Origin: Kiritimatiellia bacterium
GTDB taxonomy: Bacteria; Verrucomicrobiota; Kiritimatiellia; RFP12; UBA3636
DNA: 64,000 nucleotides
Direction: 5' to 3'
NCBI GenBank assembly: GCA_016295275.1
Contig: JAEDLN010000001.1
Location: forward strand, 2,165-66,164
The notes under the pieces are model-generated. The model was not told the origin of the DNA. It ran no database searches and saw only the letters and a list, made by a program, of their open reading frames with translations. Shown here one piece after another: positions 50,801-60,121 of the stretch (position 1 is the stretch's first letter; the number at the start of each line of letters is the position of its first letter). Position numbers and translations under genes: made by a program.

Positions 50801-52967
50801 AGCCGTTGTCGTACTGCTGCTACTGAATATCCCGTTCGCTTTTGCGATGGAACGCTTGATTTTCGGCTTTCCCTCCATCTACAAACAGCTGATCGGTTTC
50901 GCAGGTTTCTTCCTGGCGACATTCGGCATCCTGTTCCTTACCCATCCCGCCTTCTCGCTGGCTTCTGCGCCGATCATCATCTTCCTCGCATTTGTCATTA
51001 TTATGCTGGCCTGCATCACGTCGGCTATCATGATGGGTAAAATTCGCTCCGAAATCCGGGCGATGCAAGGTCTTTCCTCAACCGTTCACGGTGTCGAAAG
51101 CGACTCCTCTACAACCCTCTCCGCAATTCTCATCGGTATCGCCGGTATGCGGAATCGCCCTCTGAAGACATTCTTGACCTGCATCACGGTCGTGCTTCTT
51201 ACCTTTACGATCTTGGTATTCGCCTCCTTCACGGCACAACAGGGCGTGGTCGACTCCTATATCGGACGCGGAACCGATGAAAACCGGATCGAACTACACC
51301 GTCTCTCGTTCCTTCATATCGATGGTGATTTTATCGACTCCTTGCAAAGCCTGTACGGCGATCGTTTCGATATCGTCCGCCGTGGCGGCCTCTTCCGCGT
51401 ACCTACCCGTTCCAACGATACGGGCGATACGCCCGTCAACCCCGAACGCGTCCTCTTCCTGCCGAAATCCGGCGAGGCAATCCAGATGGCCGCTGTCATG
51501 GGACTCGATCCAAAAGAGATTCAACACGCTTCCGGTTTCCGGAAAGTCTGCCCGGAATTGGCCGACGCCGAAACGCCCCTACCCCCGATTTTCCTTCCGC
51601 CTGTTGTCACCAATAAGCTGACACAACTCGTGAAAGGCGATGAAATCCGCTTGAACGGCGTTCCGTTTACCTTTGCAGGATTCTTCGATACGCAAGCCCT
51701 TCAGCAGGTCTCCACGATCGATGAACTCCGTGGCGTTCCTCCCGACTTCCAGTCGACCCTTTCCAACTCCGGTTCCTCCGCAACCAGCGGCTCTTCGATT
51801 GAATTCCTCGAAGATATGCCGACCGGAACCTTCGAGTGGTTCGCTCCCGAAGTCTGCGCCATCGCACGGATGGACGATTTGAAGAGCCGGTTCGATCAGC
51901 ATAACATGTGTAACTTCCTCGTGCTCTATCCAAAAGAAGGTCAAGATGATCTCGACCTCTTTGAAATCGCAAAGGAACTTGCCCCGGCTTTTCAAGGTAC
52001 CGTTCACGTCAAAACCGCCGAAGGCGCCCATAGCCTCTTCTTTACCCAAGCGGTTCAAGGATCCGGCTTCTCCGATGTCGTCGTTCCGCTCCTCCTCGGC
52101 GGTCTGATCATCTTCTCTTCGCTGATGGGTTCCATTGTCGCCCGCGAAAAAGAAATCTTTACCTACTCGGCCTTGGGACTCGCTCCCGTTGATGTCGGAG
52201 CACTCTTCTTTGCCGAGTCCGCAGTCTACTCCGTGATCGGCGGCATGGGCGGCTACCTCGTCAGCCAGTTGGTTGCGAAACTGTTCAAGTTCCTCGGATC
52301 GCACGGTTTCATTACACCGCCTGAAATGAACTTCTCATCGCTGACGTCCGTCTGCACGATCCTGATCGTGATGGCTGTCGTCATGCTCTCGACAATCTTC
52401 CCCGCTTTGCGTGCGTCCAAGTCCGCAAACCCCGGCGTTGCCCGCAAATGGAAAATGCCCTCGCCCAAAGGCAATAAACTCGAATTCGTTTTCCCGTTCA
52501 CCGTTTCCTCGGTCGATTTCGCCGGCATCCTCTCCTTTATCCGCGAACACTTCAACAACCACGGCGATGCAACCCTCGGATCCTTCGCCGCCCGGGATGT
52601 CCGACTTTTCAAAGAAACCGGAAAGGACGGAAAGGAACATATCGGTATCGAGGCGAATATCTCGCTCGCTCCTTTCGATCTCGGCATCTTCCAGCGCTTC
52701 CGCATGTATTCGCAGGAATTTGAAATCAAGGGAATCGATGAAGTGGTCGTGGATTTGACCCGCATTGGAGGCACGCCCGATTCTTGGGTGCGCTCAAACC
52801 GCGATTTCGCAGCCGAACTCCGTGAACAATTCCTTCTTTGGCGCTCGCTTCCGATCTCGACCATCGAACACTACCGCAGTGCTACGATGAGCGATTTGAA
52901 TGCAGAGGATCAAACGCCCCCGACGCCGGATCCCGCTTCTTCCAAGAAGCCGAAGGGAACGAAATAA
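47832..52967 (+). CDS. Giant (~1710 aa) secreted/membrane fusion protein: signal peptide, ~900-aa extracytoplasmic region (PA/M28-peptidase-like segment plus coiled coil), then duplicated FtsX-type permease domains
   Basis: Ala/Pro-rich signal region. Segment EEILLLSATIDTYGF...RRVIVVFFGSCYAGQEGARFF resembles the M28/PA-domain fold. Coiled coil ERINALKNELSDANDETEKERIRKQIADTDAQLKNAEAERE. Two FtsX-like TM clusters, the second containing MGSIVAREKEIFTYSALGLAP. Start overlaps the ATPase stop by 8 nt. Confidence 0.7.
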   Translation: MNNRIASRHIAASLFATLLLGVSATSLAAQDATAPAPAAQDAAAPVKTAREQARDSIPLLSTDTVYGRVWNALAPMDNRRVGTENLETAFAVVSNELAKAGLQPQIQTFDSLSQITERLSLTYGGQEVKGALMIDNGPATFVRDEPIAGNAIYVGNGRLQDFEGKNLKDCIAILDANLPRAAIADVMTHGAKAIVLVGDSSLSNWDLSDVGFTAVTLIPRVFIDRIDAERAGLLQADGTKKMVLDARAVIRDVPGKNLWVELPHKKGWTGNLEAEEILLLSATIDTYGFTPDYSPDLRRAANVALLTDVAASLANSGELNRRVIVVFFGSCYAGQEGARFFYHAIDMADKNINNLDLEKRGLDYDAELAEVRELIAFAKQNNIIDAQGPLARTLQIRLKRELVSFSNALRTPIGNLRERINALKNELSDANDETEKERIRKQIADTDAQLKNAEAEREATNLLREQLVKKHYDPEAGANGNPQTDVAAMYDRMTTLALDRLYTRQTELENMVANNKTWMKLSKLFEGAYVTGHFDFDFADAHAPWMLSMINAGGLYRQGTPSIGAYGRHISAIRNIYFGASGHGGISKDHFPGPNGEPPSAEPWTSMLYEPALSATYKPYSLSSRYQRLVPSALSQCLGIAGFQMMTAGKETSHDNLPFADSVDLSPLRNQMVAFCKELGNSIEFSLRSVFTPQRLEPRLIYYKETGVRFLNYAAGSTDNEGIPQRAIVYYTAFPRPEAWVGQGAQPRSRILANGRIYMPFIGRNVASTSWLFTTVALGYDANGKLDRVTTSADAYGIKATPVHLFYAYGGLAFGDGYKPDPVGGDLYEPKTLVASKDAPHKTSNTILLEAGRFKEFFADRNDPIKIIGGNGDMLLGSVTNAPGIDRLKGAMGIGVKLDADARLHANNIEQGANDAYLLNEARLAILRERNIVRDDLEKFHADSKDHIEAAAQATREKHWALAEAHQIFANCIENRIYRPLRGVTEDLVQAVVVLLLLNIPFAFAMERLIFGFPSIYKQLIGFAGFFLATFGILFLTHPAFSLASAPIIIFLAFVIIMLACITSAIMMGKIRSEIRAMQGLSSTVHGVESDSSTTLSAILIGIAGMRNRPLKTFLTCITVVLLTFTILVFASFTAQQGVVDSYIGRGTDENRIELHRLSFLHIDGDFIDSLQSLYGDRFDIVRRGGLFRVPTRSNDTGDTPVNPERVLFLPKSGEAIQMAAVMGLDPKEIQHASGFRKVCPELADAETPLPPIFLPPVVTNKLTQLVKGDEIRLNGVPFTFAGFFDTQALQQVSTIDELRGVPPDFQSTLSNSGSSATSGSSIEFLEDMPTGTFEWFAPEVCAIARMDDLKSRFDQHNMCNFLVLYPKEGQDDLDLFEIAKELAPAFQGTVHVKTAEGAHSLFFTQAVQGSGFSDVVVPLLLGGLIIFSSLMGSIVAREKEIFTYSALGLAPVDVGALFFAESAVYSVIGGMGGYLVSQLVAKLFKFLGSHGFITPPEMNFSSLTSVCTILIVMAVVMLSTIFPALRASKSANPGVARKWKMPSPKGNKLEFVFPFTVSSVDFAGILSFIREHFNNHGDATLGSFAARDVRLFKETGKDGKEHIGIEANISLAPFDLGIFQRFRMYSQEFEIKGIDEVVVDLTRIGGTPDSWVRSNRDFAAELREQFLLWRSLPISTIEHYRSATMSDLNAEDQTPPTPDPASSKKPKGTK

Positions 52968-53075
52968 TACCTCCGCTCCGGAACAAAATGGGGTTCCGTC
53001 CCTATGTTCCGGTATGTGACGGCGCACTTTTCCCTCTTTTCGTCTTTTCCATTTTCCCTACAGATATTCTTGACA

Positions 53076-55082
53076 ATGAGTTTTCTGAGTAAACTGCTCC
53101 ACCGCCGAGTAAAGACCACAGATGCCGAATTGGAAGAGTTTCGGGCTCTCCTGACCGTCCCCGATTCTTTCGAGGAAGGTTTCAATGTCACATCCTTGCT
53201 TGGCACTCTCTTTGTGGCCCTCATCATGGTCCCGGGTGCCCTCTACATGGAACTCGTTGCCGGTGCCGGTCTTGGCGGTGCCGCACAATGGGTGACCGTC
53301 TTGCTCTTCGTAGAAGTCGCCAAACGGGCAAATGCCAAACTGTCGCGTGCCCAGCTCTTCATCCTCTTCTACATGGCCGGTATGGTCATGGCAACCAATG
53401 TTTGGAATACGCCGCTCTTCACGCAGTTCCTCGTACGTTCCGATGCGGCTGTCGCAACCGGCGTTGCCGCCGATATCCCCGTCTGGGTCGCACCGAAAAA
53501 TCTGGATACGCTCCCGCGTACGTTCCTCTCCAAAGCATGGTTGCCTTTTATCGGTTTGATGCTGTTCCGCGAAATCATGGGACGCTTGAACTCGGCAATC
53601 CTGGGATACGGCCTCTTCCGCTTGACTTCCGATATCGAGCAACTCCCCTTCCCGATGGCTCCCGTCGGCGCACAGGGTATCGTTGCAATCGCCGAACAGG
53701 TGGAAGGCTCTGTCAAAGCAGCAGGTGCGTCCGTCCGCTGGAGAATGTTCTGCGTCGGATGCGGAATCGGTATGATTTTCGGCTTGGTTTACATGGCATT
53801 GCCGACGATTACCGGCGCCCTCTTCGGCAAACCGCTGATGGCGTTCCAAATCCCCTTCGCCGATTTCACGCCGTACACGCAGTCGTTCTTGCCGGCAACC
53901 GCTACCGGTCTCTCCTTCGACCTTGGCAATATCATCCTTGGCATGGTGCTTCCGTTCTGGTCGATGGTCGGCTCCTTTGTCGGTTTGATTTTTACCTTCG
54001 TATTGAACCCCATCCTGTATACCCTCGGAATGATGCCGACTTGGGAACAGGGCGATACGACTGTGCGGACGCTCTTTGCAAACAATGTCGATTTCTACTT
54101 CTCTTTCCAAATCGGCATCTCCCTTGCAATCGCGTTCTTCGGTATCTGGGTTGCCCTCAAGACGCTGCGGCGCGGCAAACGCGACAAGGTCGAACACGAT
54201 CACGCCGAACGGATTCTCCGCCTCTCCAAAATGCGCGGTCATATCCCCGTTCCGCTCGTATTCGCAACCTATGCCATTTCCTGCGTCCTCTATATCCTCG
54301 TCTGCGGTTGGCTGATCGATTGGCACCCGGGTGTCATGTTCGTCCTTTTCTTCTTCGCCTTCATCTATACCCCGCTGATTTCTTATGTGACGGCACGTCT
54401 CGAAGGTCTCGCCGGACAGGTTATCGAAATTCCCTTCATCACGGAAATTTCATTCATCCTCTCCGGCTATACCGGTGTCCGGATTTGGTTTATCCCCATT
54501 CCAAAATCGAACTACGGCGTACAGGTGGTGAGCTACAAACAGGCCGAACTCCTCGGTTGCAAGTTTGGCTCAATCTGGAAAGCCCAATTGATCCTCTTCC
54601 CGATTATTATCGTTTCCTCTTTGCTCTTCTCGTCCTTCATCTGGTCCTTGGCTGAAATTCCCTCCGCCGTTTACCCCTTTACAGAACAAATCTGGGACTT
54701 GACTGCAAAGAATACGTGCTTGATCTACTCCTCGACAATCGGCGAATACAGCCAGTTCAAAGAGGCTCTCAGTTGGGGGCGCTTCCTCGCAGGCTTGGGA
54801 TCCGCTGGTGCTTTGATGGGTGTGCTAGGATGGTTCGGAGCTCCGACCATGCTTTTCTTCGGCGTCGTCCGTGGTCTTGGGCAAACCGCGCCTCACTCCG
54901 TGATTCCAAACTTTATCGGCGCTTTGATCGGAAAATTCTATTTCGAGCGTAAATTCGGTCGCGAATGGCGTAAAATGATTCCCGTCGTTTCCTCCGGATT
55001 CTTCGTCGGAACCGGTCTCGTCTCGATCCTTTCCGTCGGCATCGTGTTTCTCTGCAAGGCCGTCTCTACTGCCGCATACTGA
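53076..55082 (+). CDS. Large polytopic membrane protein of unknown function (paralog B, ~668 aa)
   Basis: More than 12 hydrophobic segments, charged loop LRRGKRDKVEHDHAERILR, C-terminal NFIGALIGKFYFERKFGREWRKMIPVVSSGFFVGTGL resembling paralog A. Confidence 0.6.
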   Translation: MSFLSKLLHRRVKTTDAELEEFRALLTVPDSFEEGFNVTSLLGTLFVALIMVPGALYMELVAGAGLGGAAQWVTVLLFVEVAKRANAKLSRAQLFILFYMAGMVMATNVWNTPLFTQFLVRSDAAVATGVAADIPVWVAPKNLDTLPRTFLSKAWLPFIGLMLFREIMGRLNSAILGYGLFRLTSDIEQLPFPMAPVGAQGIVAIAEQVEGSVKAAGASVRWRMFCVGCGIGMIFGLVYMALPTITGALFGKPLMAFQIPFADFTPYTQSFLPATATGLSFDLGNIILGMVLPFWSMVGSFVGLIFTFVLNPILYTLGMMPTWEQGDTTVRTLFANNVDFYFSFQIGISLAIAFFGIWVALKTLRRGKRDKVEHDHAERILRLSKMRGHIPVPLVFATYAISCVLYILVCGWLIDWHPGVMFVLFFFAFIYTPLISYVTARLEGLAGQVIEIPFITEISFILSGYTGVRIWFIPIPKSNYGVQVVSYKQAELLGCKFGSIWKAQLILFPIIIVSSLLFSSFIWSLAEIPSAVYPFTEQIWDLTAKNTCLIYSSTIGEYSQFKEALSWGRFLAGLGSAGALMGVLGWFGAPTMLFFGVVRGLGQTAPHSVIPNFIGALIGKFYFERKFGREWRKMIPVVSSGFFVGTGLVSILSVGIVFLCKAVSTAAY

Positions 55083-55087
55083 TCGGA

Positions 55088-55597
55088 ATGCCGGAACAAA
55101 CCGATTTTTCCCAGGAGGAAATTCACTCCGCCGATCTCGCGGAACAGCTCTTCCGCTCGGGAGCAGCATGCTCCCAAGCGGTTGTGCTCTCTCAAGCCGA
55201 GCGACTCGGTCTGCCCGAAGCCCTCTGTGCAGATCTGACGCTCGGTCTCGGTGGCGGCGTCGCCCGTTCGCGCCAAATCTGCGGTTGCGTTTCAGGATAC
55301 GCTTTGCTCGCCGGAATCTGCCACGGATCCGGCTTGGCTTTTTCTCCGGAGGCAAAAGCGGAGACCTATGCGTGCGTTCAGTCCTTTCTTGACCAATTCA
55401 AAGCTGCATTCAAAAGCACGACATGCGGAGAGCTTCTCGCCCTTCGAGCCGAGTCTGCAAAGGCCGCAGCCGATGACGCCGCAACCCCTTCCGAACGGAC
55501 ACAGACATACTATCATCACCGTGCTGGGTGCATCCAATGCATCCGTTTTGCCGCAAGTATGGCGGCACGCCTTCCCGTCCCCCGGAAACAAAGCTAG
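55088..55597 (+). CDS. C_GCAxxG_C_C family protein (second copy in window)
   Basis: SGAACSQAVVLS motif plus C-terminal Cys pairs. Confidence 0.55.
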   Translation: MPEQTDFSQEEIHSADLAEQLFRSGAACSQAVVLSQAERLGLPEALCADLTLGLGGGVARSRQICGCVSGYALLAGICHGSGLAFSPEAKAETYACVQSFLDQFKAAFKSTTCGELLALRAESAKAAADDAATPSERTQTYYHHRAGCIQCIRFAASMAARLPVPRKQS

Positions 55598-55769
55598 ACC
55601 ATTCGATCCTGACGAATCGGTCCGGGCGATTTAGGAATCTTTCGCTCACAATACGGGAACGCGACAATTGATATCGGGGATTTTCGCCCCCAGCACACGC
55701 ATGCACGCCAAGCTCCCCGCCGCCCCGGAAAATCCGGAGCGGTTTCTTTGAGAAGTATCGATCCGTTCT

Positions 55770-56591
55770 CTACAGCTTGAACTGCGCTTCCAGAATCCGA
55801 AACGCACGGACTCCGGAAAATCCAAAGGGCATCACCTTTACACTGCGAAGATTCGTCGAATCAAACGAAAACAACGCCGCTTCATGTACCGATGGAAACT
55901 GAATTTCCTTTCGGTACGGATACGAACGCAACGGAAGCGTATGCGTGCAAAAACGCGCTTCGTACAAATCACGCGTAAAGTCTTGTTTGCAATACTGCTG
56001 ATTCCACTGCTCCTGTACCATGCGGCACAAACGTTTCGACCGAAGGGAGAAGGAGCCAAGCATCTCGTGGCAATTGAAAAAATGCGCGCGTAACCGGGAA
56101 ATCCAATTGTCGCCGCCAACCGGAGATCCCCAGAAATCAATGCCGTCCATATACCGGCCAATGCCGGGACGAATCGGAAAGCCATCCTCTGTAATCAGCA
56201 AAACATAACGCGTATGAAAGCGATCCGCCAAGCGAGCATTGCAATCAATGCTCATGGTATTCAACCTTCCGGGAATCAGACTTTTCTCTTCCTGCAACTC
56301 GACCAGTCGTCCAAACGGCTCCGCGAACGCACGCATGGCATCCGTAATCTCGTTTGTGACAATAACCGTCGTCAATAATCCACACTGACGCCACGTTTCA
56401 CGAATGGCCCCTTCCAAATACAGAAAATGCTCATCGGAAAGGTTTTTGGGAAGAAAAAAATAGGTTAGAAGGGTTACTTCCGTGGGCCCCGGAGCAGGCA
56501 ACTCAATCGAACGATTCTGTTCTAATCGGGTCAACAACCACTCGTGAAACCGTGCGACAGCCGCGACCTTCTTACGATGTGATAAGCTCAT
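55770..56591 (-). CDS. Hypothetical protein (273 aa), possibly glycosyltransferase-like
   Basis: Long ORF with coding-like composition. No motif recognised. Confidence 0.4.
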   Translation of the reverse strand: MSLSHRKKVAAVARFHEWLLTRLEQNRSIELPAPGPTEVTLLTYFFLPKNLSDEHFLYLEGAIRETWRQCGLLTTVIVTNEITDAMRAFAEPFGRLVELQEEKSLIPGRLNTMSIDCNARLADRFHTRYVLLITEDGFPIRPGIGRYMDGIDFWGSPVGGDNWISRLRAHFFNCHEMLGSFSLRSKRLCRMVQEQWNQQYCKQDFTRDLYEARFCTHTLPLRSYPYRKEIQFPSVHEAALFSFDSTNLRSVKVMPFGFSGVRAFRILEAQFKL

Positions 56592-56689
56592 AAGCGGAAA
56601 ATATCATTTTTTTGACTTTCTCACAACCGAATAGTAGCTCAGTCTCATCCTCCCCGTTATTTTTGTGATCCTCGTCGCTGCACACCTCC

Positions 56690-56930
56690 CTATCGTCGCC
56701 GCGCCCCCGTTCCGCCCCCGTGCTGCGGTCCCGTTGCGGTAGGGTGCGATGTCCTTATCGCGCCGCCGCGCCCCGTGGTACGCCCCCGTTCCGCCCAATC
56801 GCCGCGCGTGTCCCTCGTGTGGGCAGGGAGGTAAGGCGCGACGCTTGGCAGCCACCGCCCGTGGGGGCTCCCCACCCTCCCGGCTCGCGCCGTTGCGCCC
56901 CCGTGCTGCGTAATTTCGCCCTAGCAAAAT
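56690..56930. repeat. GC-rich repetitive intergenic block carrying copies of two dispersed repeat families and internal short direct repeats
   Basis: cgcccccgttccgccc appears twice and cccccgtgctgcg twice. 56730-56777 matches 60818-60856 (cccgttgcggYagggYg..atnTCCnTATCG.GCGCC). 56858-56879 is identical to 40932-40953. Confidence 0.6.
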
Positions 56931-57287
56931 TTGACTGCCGATTCGGGCAATGATACAAATCCAAATGCAGACGCTATCGTTCTTTCCGCAAACAAGTACG
57001 CGACAATGCCGTGACGACTACAAGAAAGGCAGACTCTTTGCATTCGGCAAGTAGTGCCATCCTGATAGAGGGAGTAGAAATATAATCCCCCCCGAAAGAC
57101 ATCGTCCCCAGATGCGATTCAAGGGAAAATGGCGTGGCCTTGTAGCTGGAAGAATAAGAAATTTCAGGGCAATCCGTGCGCGGTTGACACGTTCGACGAT
57201 GATACGAACAAGACGCGAAATAACCATGTTTTCTCGGACATTTTCCGTTACGCCGTTTTTTTGGTAGTGTTGTGCGCCATGAATATC

Positions 57288-59087
57288 ATGAGTCTTCAAA
57301 AGATTGCCATCGCATTTGGCGGACCGCCTGTTCTCGACGACGTCACCTTTTCCGTTGAAAAGGGGGATCGGGCCTGTATCACAGGCAGAAACGGAGAAGG
57401 AAAATCGACCCTTTTGAAGATCATGGCGGGTATTCTCGAACCGGATCATGGAGAAATCGCAACCGCTCCCAATCTCCGGATCGCCTATCTGAGCCAAGAC
57501 GTACCCGGAGATCGCCAAGGCTCTGCGGAAACCGCTTGCGAGCACGAACTGCACAACGCTCGGAATGTTTCGCGGGTTCGTGAATTCCTAACTCGACTCG
57601 GCATCAATCCGGAACAGCCGTTCAATTCCCTTTCAGGCGGTCAACGCCGTCGCGCGCTCCTTGCCGCCGAATTGGCTGCAGAACCAGATCTGCTGCTCCT
57701 CGATGAACCGACAAACCACCTCGATATCGAAACAATCGAATGGCTGGAGGAGTACCTCGCGAAATCTTTGCTGACATGCGTGTTCATTACGCACGACCGC
57801 GCCTTTTTGCGCCGGACGGCTCGACGCGTTTTCGATCTGGATCGCGGACGGCTTTCCGGTTGGAACTGCGATTACGAAACCTTCCTTCGGAGGAAGGCCG
57901 ATCTGCTCGCGGAAGAAGAAGTGGCGAATCGACGAAAAGAAAAAAGGCTTGCCGCAGAAGAATCTTGGCTTGTCCATGGCGTTACCGCCCGTCGTTCCCG
58001 AAATATGGGGCGCGTCGCCGGTCTGAAAGCACTCCGTCAGGAACTCGCAGAACGCCGCCAAAGCATCGGTACTGCCAAAATGTCGTTGAATACCGTATTG
58101 GTTGGCGGTGAAATCGTCGCAAAAGCAAAGGATGTCACCTTCCAATACCCCGGAGCGGAAAGACCGATCGTCAAGGATTTCAATGCAATTGTTCTTCGAA
58201 AAGACCGCATCGGAATCATCGGCCCGAATGGCTCCGGAAAAACAACTCTTCTCCGGATTCTTCTGCAACAACTTCAGCCGCAGTCAGGCTCTGTCGAACT
58301 GGGCGCTCGTGCTTCCGTTTCGTTTCTGGACCAACTTCGCACAACGTTGGATCCGGATAAAAGCGTTGCGGAAAATGTGGCGGATGGACACGATCAAGTC
58401 GTCATCAACGGCGTTACGCGGCATGTCCTTGGATATTTGCAGGATTTCCTATTCTCGCCCGATCGCGCCCGGACCCCCGTTCGAGCACTCTCCGGCGGCG
58501 AACGCGCCCGACTGTTGCTCGCAAAGCTCTTCCTCTCTCCCGGCAATATTCTCGTAATGGACGAGCCGACAAACGACCTCGATATGGAGACGCTCGAAAT
58601 TCTAGAGGACCTTTTGCTGAACTATCCGGGAACCCTCCTTCTCGTCAGTCATGATCGCGCGTTTCTCGATCAAGTCGTAACCTCCTCGTTTGTCCTTCTA
58701 GGAGATGGCTCCGTCTATACCTGCCCGGGAGGATATGCCGATTGGCAACGCGAAAAACCGAATGTCCTTGCCGCTCTCGGAAAGGTACAATCTTCGGCTC
58801 CGAAAGACGCCTCGGCTCCCGTTTCCAAAGCAAGCCCCCAAAACCAGACAAAGGTCTCGCAACGCAAACTCGGCTTCAACGAAAAACGGGAACTCGAACG
58901 CTTGCCTGCTGAAATCGAACGTCTCGAAAAGCAAATCGCCGATCTCGAACAACGCCTTTCGGACGGACGTTACTTCGTAACCAATCCAACCGAGGCACAG
59001 ACCGATGCGGCACTGCTCCCGCAACAAAAGGCGGAACTGGAACAAAAACTGGAACGATGGATGATGCTGGAGGAGCTGAAGGGATAA
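57288..59087 (+). CDS. uup: ABC-F family ATPase (Uup/EttA-like, two ABC domains plus C-terminal coiled coil)
   Basis: Two Walker A motifs (GRNGEGKST, GPNGSGKTT), two signature motifs (LSGGQRRRALLAAEL, LSGGERARLLLAKL), C-terminal coiled coil. Start at MSLQK (57288) by analogy to Uup, with an alternative ATG at 57279. Confidence 0.85.
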   Translation: MSLQKIAIAFGGPPVLDDVTFSVEKGDRACITGRNGEGKSTLLKIMAGILEPDHGEIATAPNLRIAYLSQDVPGDRQGSAETACEHELHNARNVSRVREFLTRLGINPEQPFNSLSGGQRRRALLAAELAAEPDLLLLDEPTNHLDIETIEWLEEYLAKSLLTCVFITHDRAFLRRTARRVFDLDRGRLSGWNCDYETFLRRKADLLAEEEVANRRKEKRLAAEESWLVHGVTARRSRNMGRVAGLKALRQELAERRQSIGTAKMSLNTVLVGGEIVAKAKDVTFQYPGAERPIVKDFNAIVLRKDRIGIIGPNGSGKTTLLRILLQQLQPQSGSVELGARASVSFLDQLRTTLDPDKSVAENVADGHDQVVINGVTRHVLGYLQDFLFSPDRARTPVRALSGGERARLLLAKLFLSPGNILVMDEPTNDLDMETLEILEDLLLNYPGTLLLVSHDRAFLDQVVTSSFVLLGDGSVYTCPGGYADWQREKPNVLAALGKVQSSAPKDASAPVSKASPQNQTKVSQRKLGFNEKRELERLPAEIERLEKQIADLEQRLSDGRYFVTNPTEAQTDAALLPQQKAELEQKLERWMMLEELKG

Positions 59088-59090
59088 CAA

Positions 59091-59987
59091 ATGGATATCT
59101 GGATCCTTATTGCACTCTCCGCCCTGACGCTCGGACTGTACGATATCGCACGAAAGGACGCCGTCCGAAACAATGACGTTGTCCGCGTCCTGTTCCTGTC
59201 GACGCTTTCCGGAGCAATCGCACTTCTCGCCATATCCATTCTTCTAAAGGGTGAAATCGCTCCGTTATGGAGACTTTCATTCCGTTCGGCCGCCCTGCTT
59301 GGTGTAAAGGTCCTGCTCGTGGGCACATCCTGGGGAGCCGTCTTTTTCGCCATGCGACGCTTGCCGATTTCGCTGGCTTCCCCGATTCGCGCTACGTCCC
59401 CGTTTTGGACGCTCCTGGGTGCCATTCTTCTCTTTGGCGAATGGCCGACTCCACTCCGAGCCAGCGGAATGCTCCTGATGCCAATCGGCTATATGATGCT
59501 CTCCTCTACCGGTCGACGCGAAGGCTTTTCCTGGAAAAGCCGTGAAATGCTCTTGATTGTTCTCGGAACGCTTTTCGGTTCCGCATCCGCCCTCTACGAT
59601 AAACACCTCCTCGCACGGCTTCAACTCCCGCCCGATACCGTTCAAACCTTTTTCGCAGCCGGTCTCTGCATCTTGTACGGCGTCATTCTTCTTGTCCGAA
59701 CGATCTCCACCCGCTCTTCGGGAAAAGCTTCTTCCCCCTTCCGATTCCGCTGGACCATCATCGCCGCCGGCATCCTCCTGATCGTTTCCGATTATTTCTA
59801 CTTTCGCGCCGTCGCCGTCCCCGGTGCCGCCATCTCCGTCGTCTCGATCTTGCGGCGCAGCAGCTCGGTCATCTCCTTTGTTGCCGGAGGATTGCTGTTC
59901 CGGGAACGGTTCCTCCGGAAGAAGTCCGTCGCGCTCCTTTTCGTACTGGTGGGTGCCCTTCTGGTCGCACTCGGTTCTTCCCGATAG
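59091..59987 (+). CDS. EamA/DMT-family transporter
   Basis: About 10 TM segments, duplicated EamA-like halves, 298 aa. Confidence 0.7.
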   Translation: MDIWILIALSALTLGLYDIARKDAVRNNDVVRVLFLSTLSGAIALLAISILLKGEIAPLWRLSFRSAALLGVKVLLVGTSWGAVFFAMRRLPISLASPIRATSPFWTLLGAILLFGEWPTPLRASGMLLMPIGYMMLSSTGRREGFSWKSREMLLIVLGTLFGSASALYDKHLLARLQLPPDTVQTFFAAGLCILYGVILLVRTISTRSSGKASSPFRFRWTIIAAGILLIVSDYFYFRAVAVPGAAISVVSILRRSSSVISFVAGGLLFRERFLRKKSVALLFVLVGALLVALGSSR

Positions 59988-60121
59988 CCAGTCCAAAAAA
60001 TCGTCGCCAGGAAAAGACGCTCTCCCTCGGAAAACGGCAATCCGAAAACAAGGTGCGGGAGTCCGCAAAAAGGGAATATTGAGATACCGACCGATTCCCT
60101 ACCCCGTTCTCGATCACAGTC

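Noticed and set aside
56600-57130. Possible structured RNA gene (RNase P / tmRNA / 6S) in the 530-bp GC-rich gap
   Set aside because: No RNase P conserved blocks (GGAAAGUCCGG, AGGGCAGG...GGUAAGGGUGAAAGGGUG) on either strand and no tRNA-like domain. The region is better explained as repeats.
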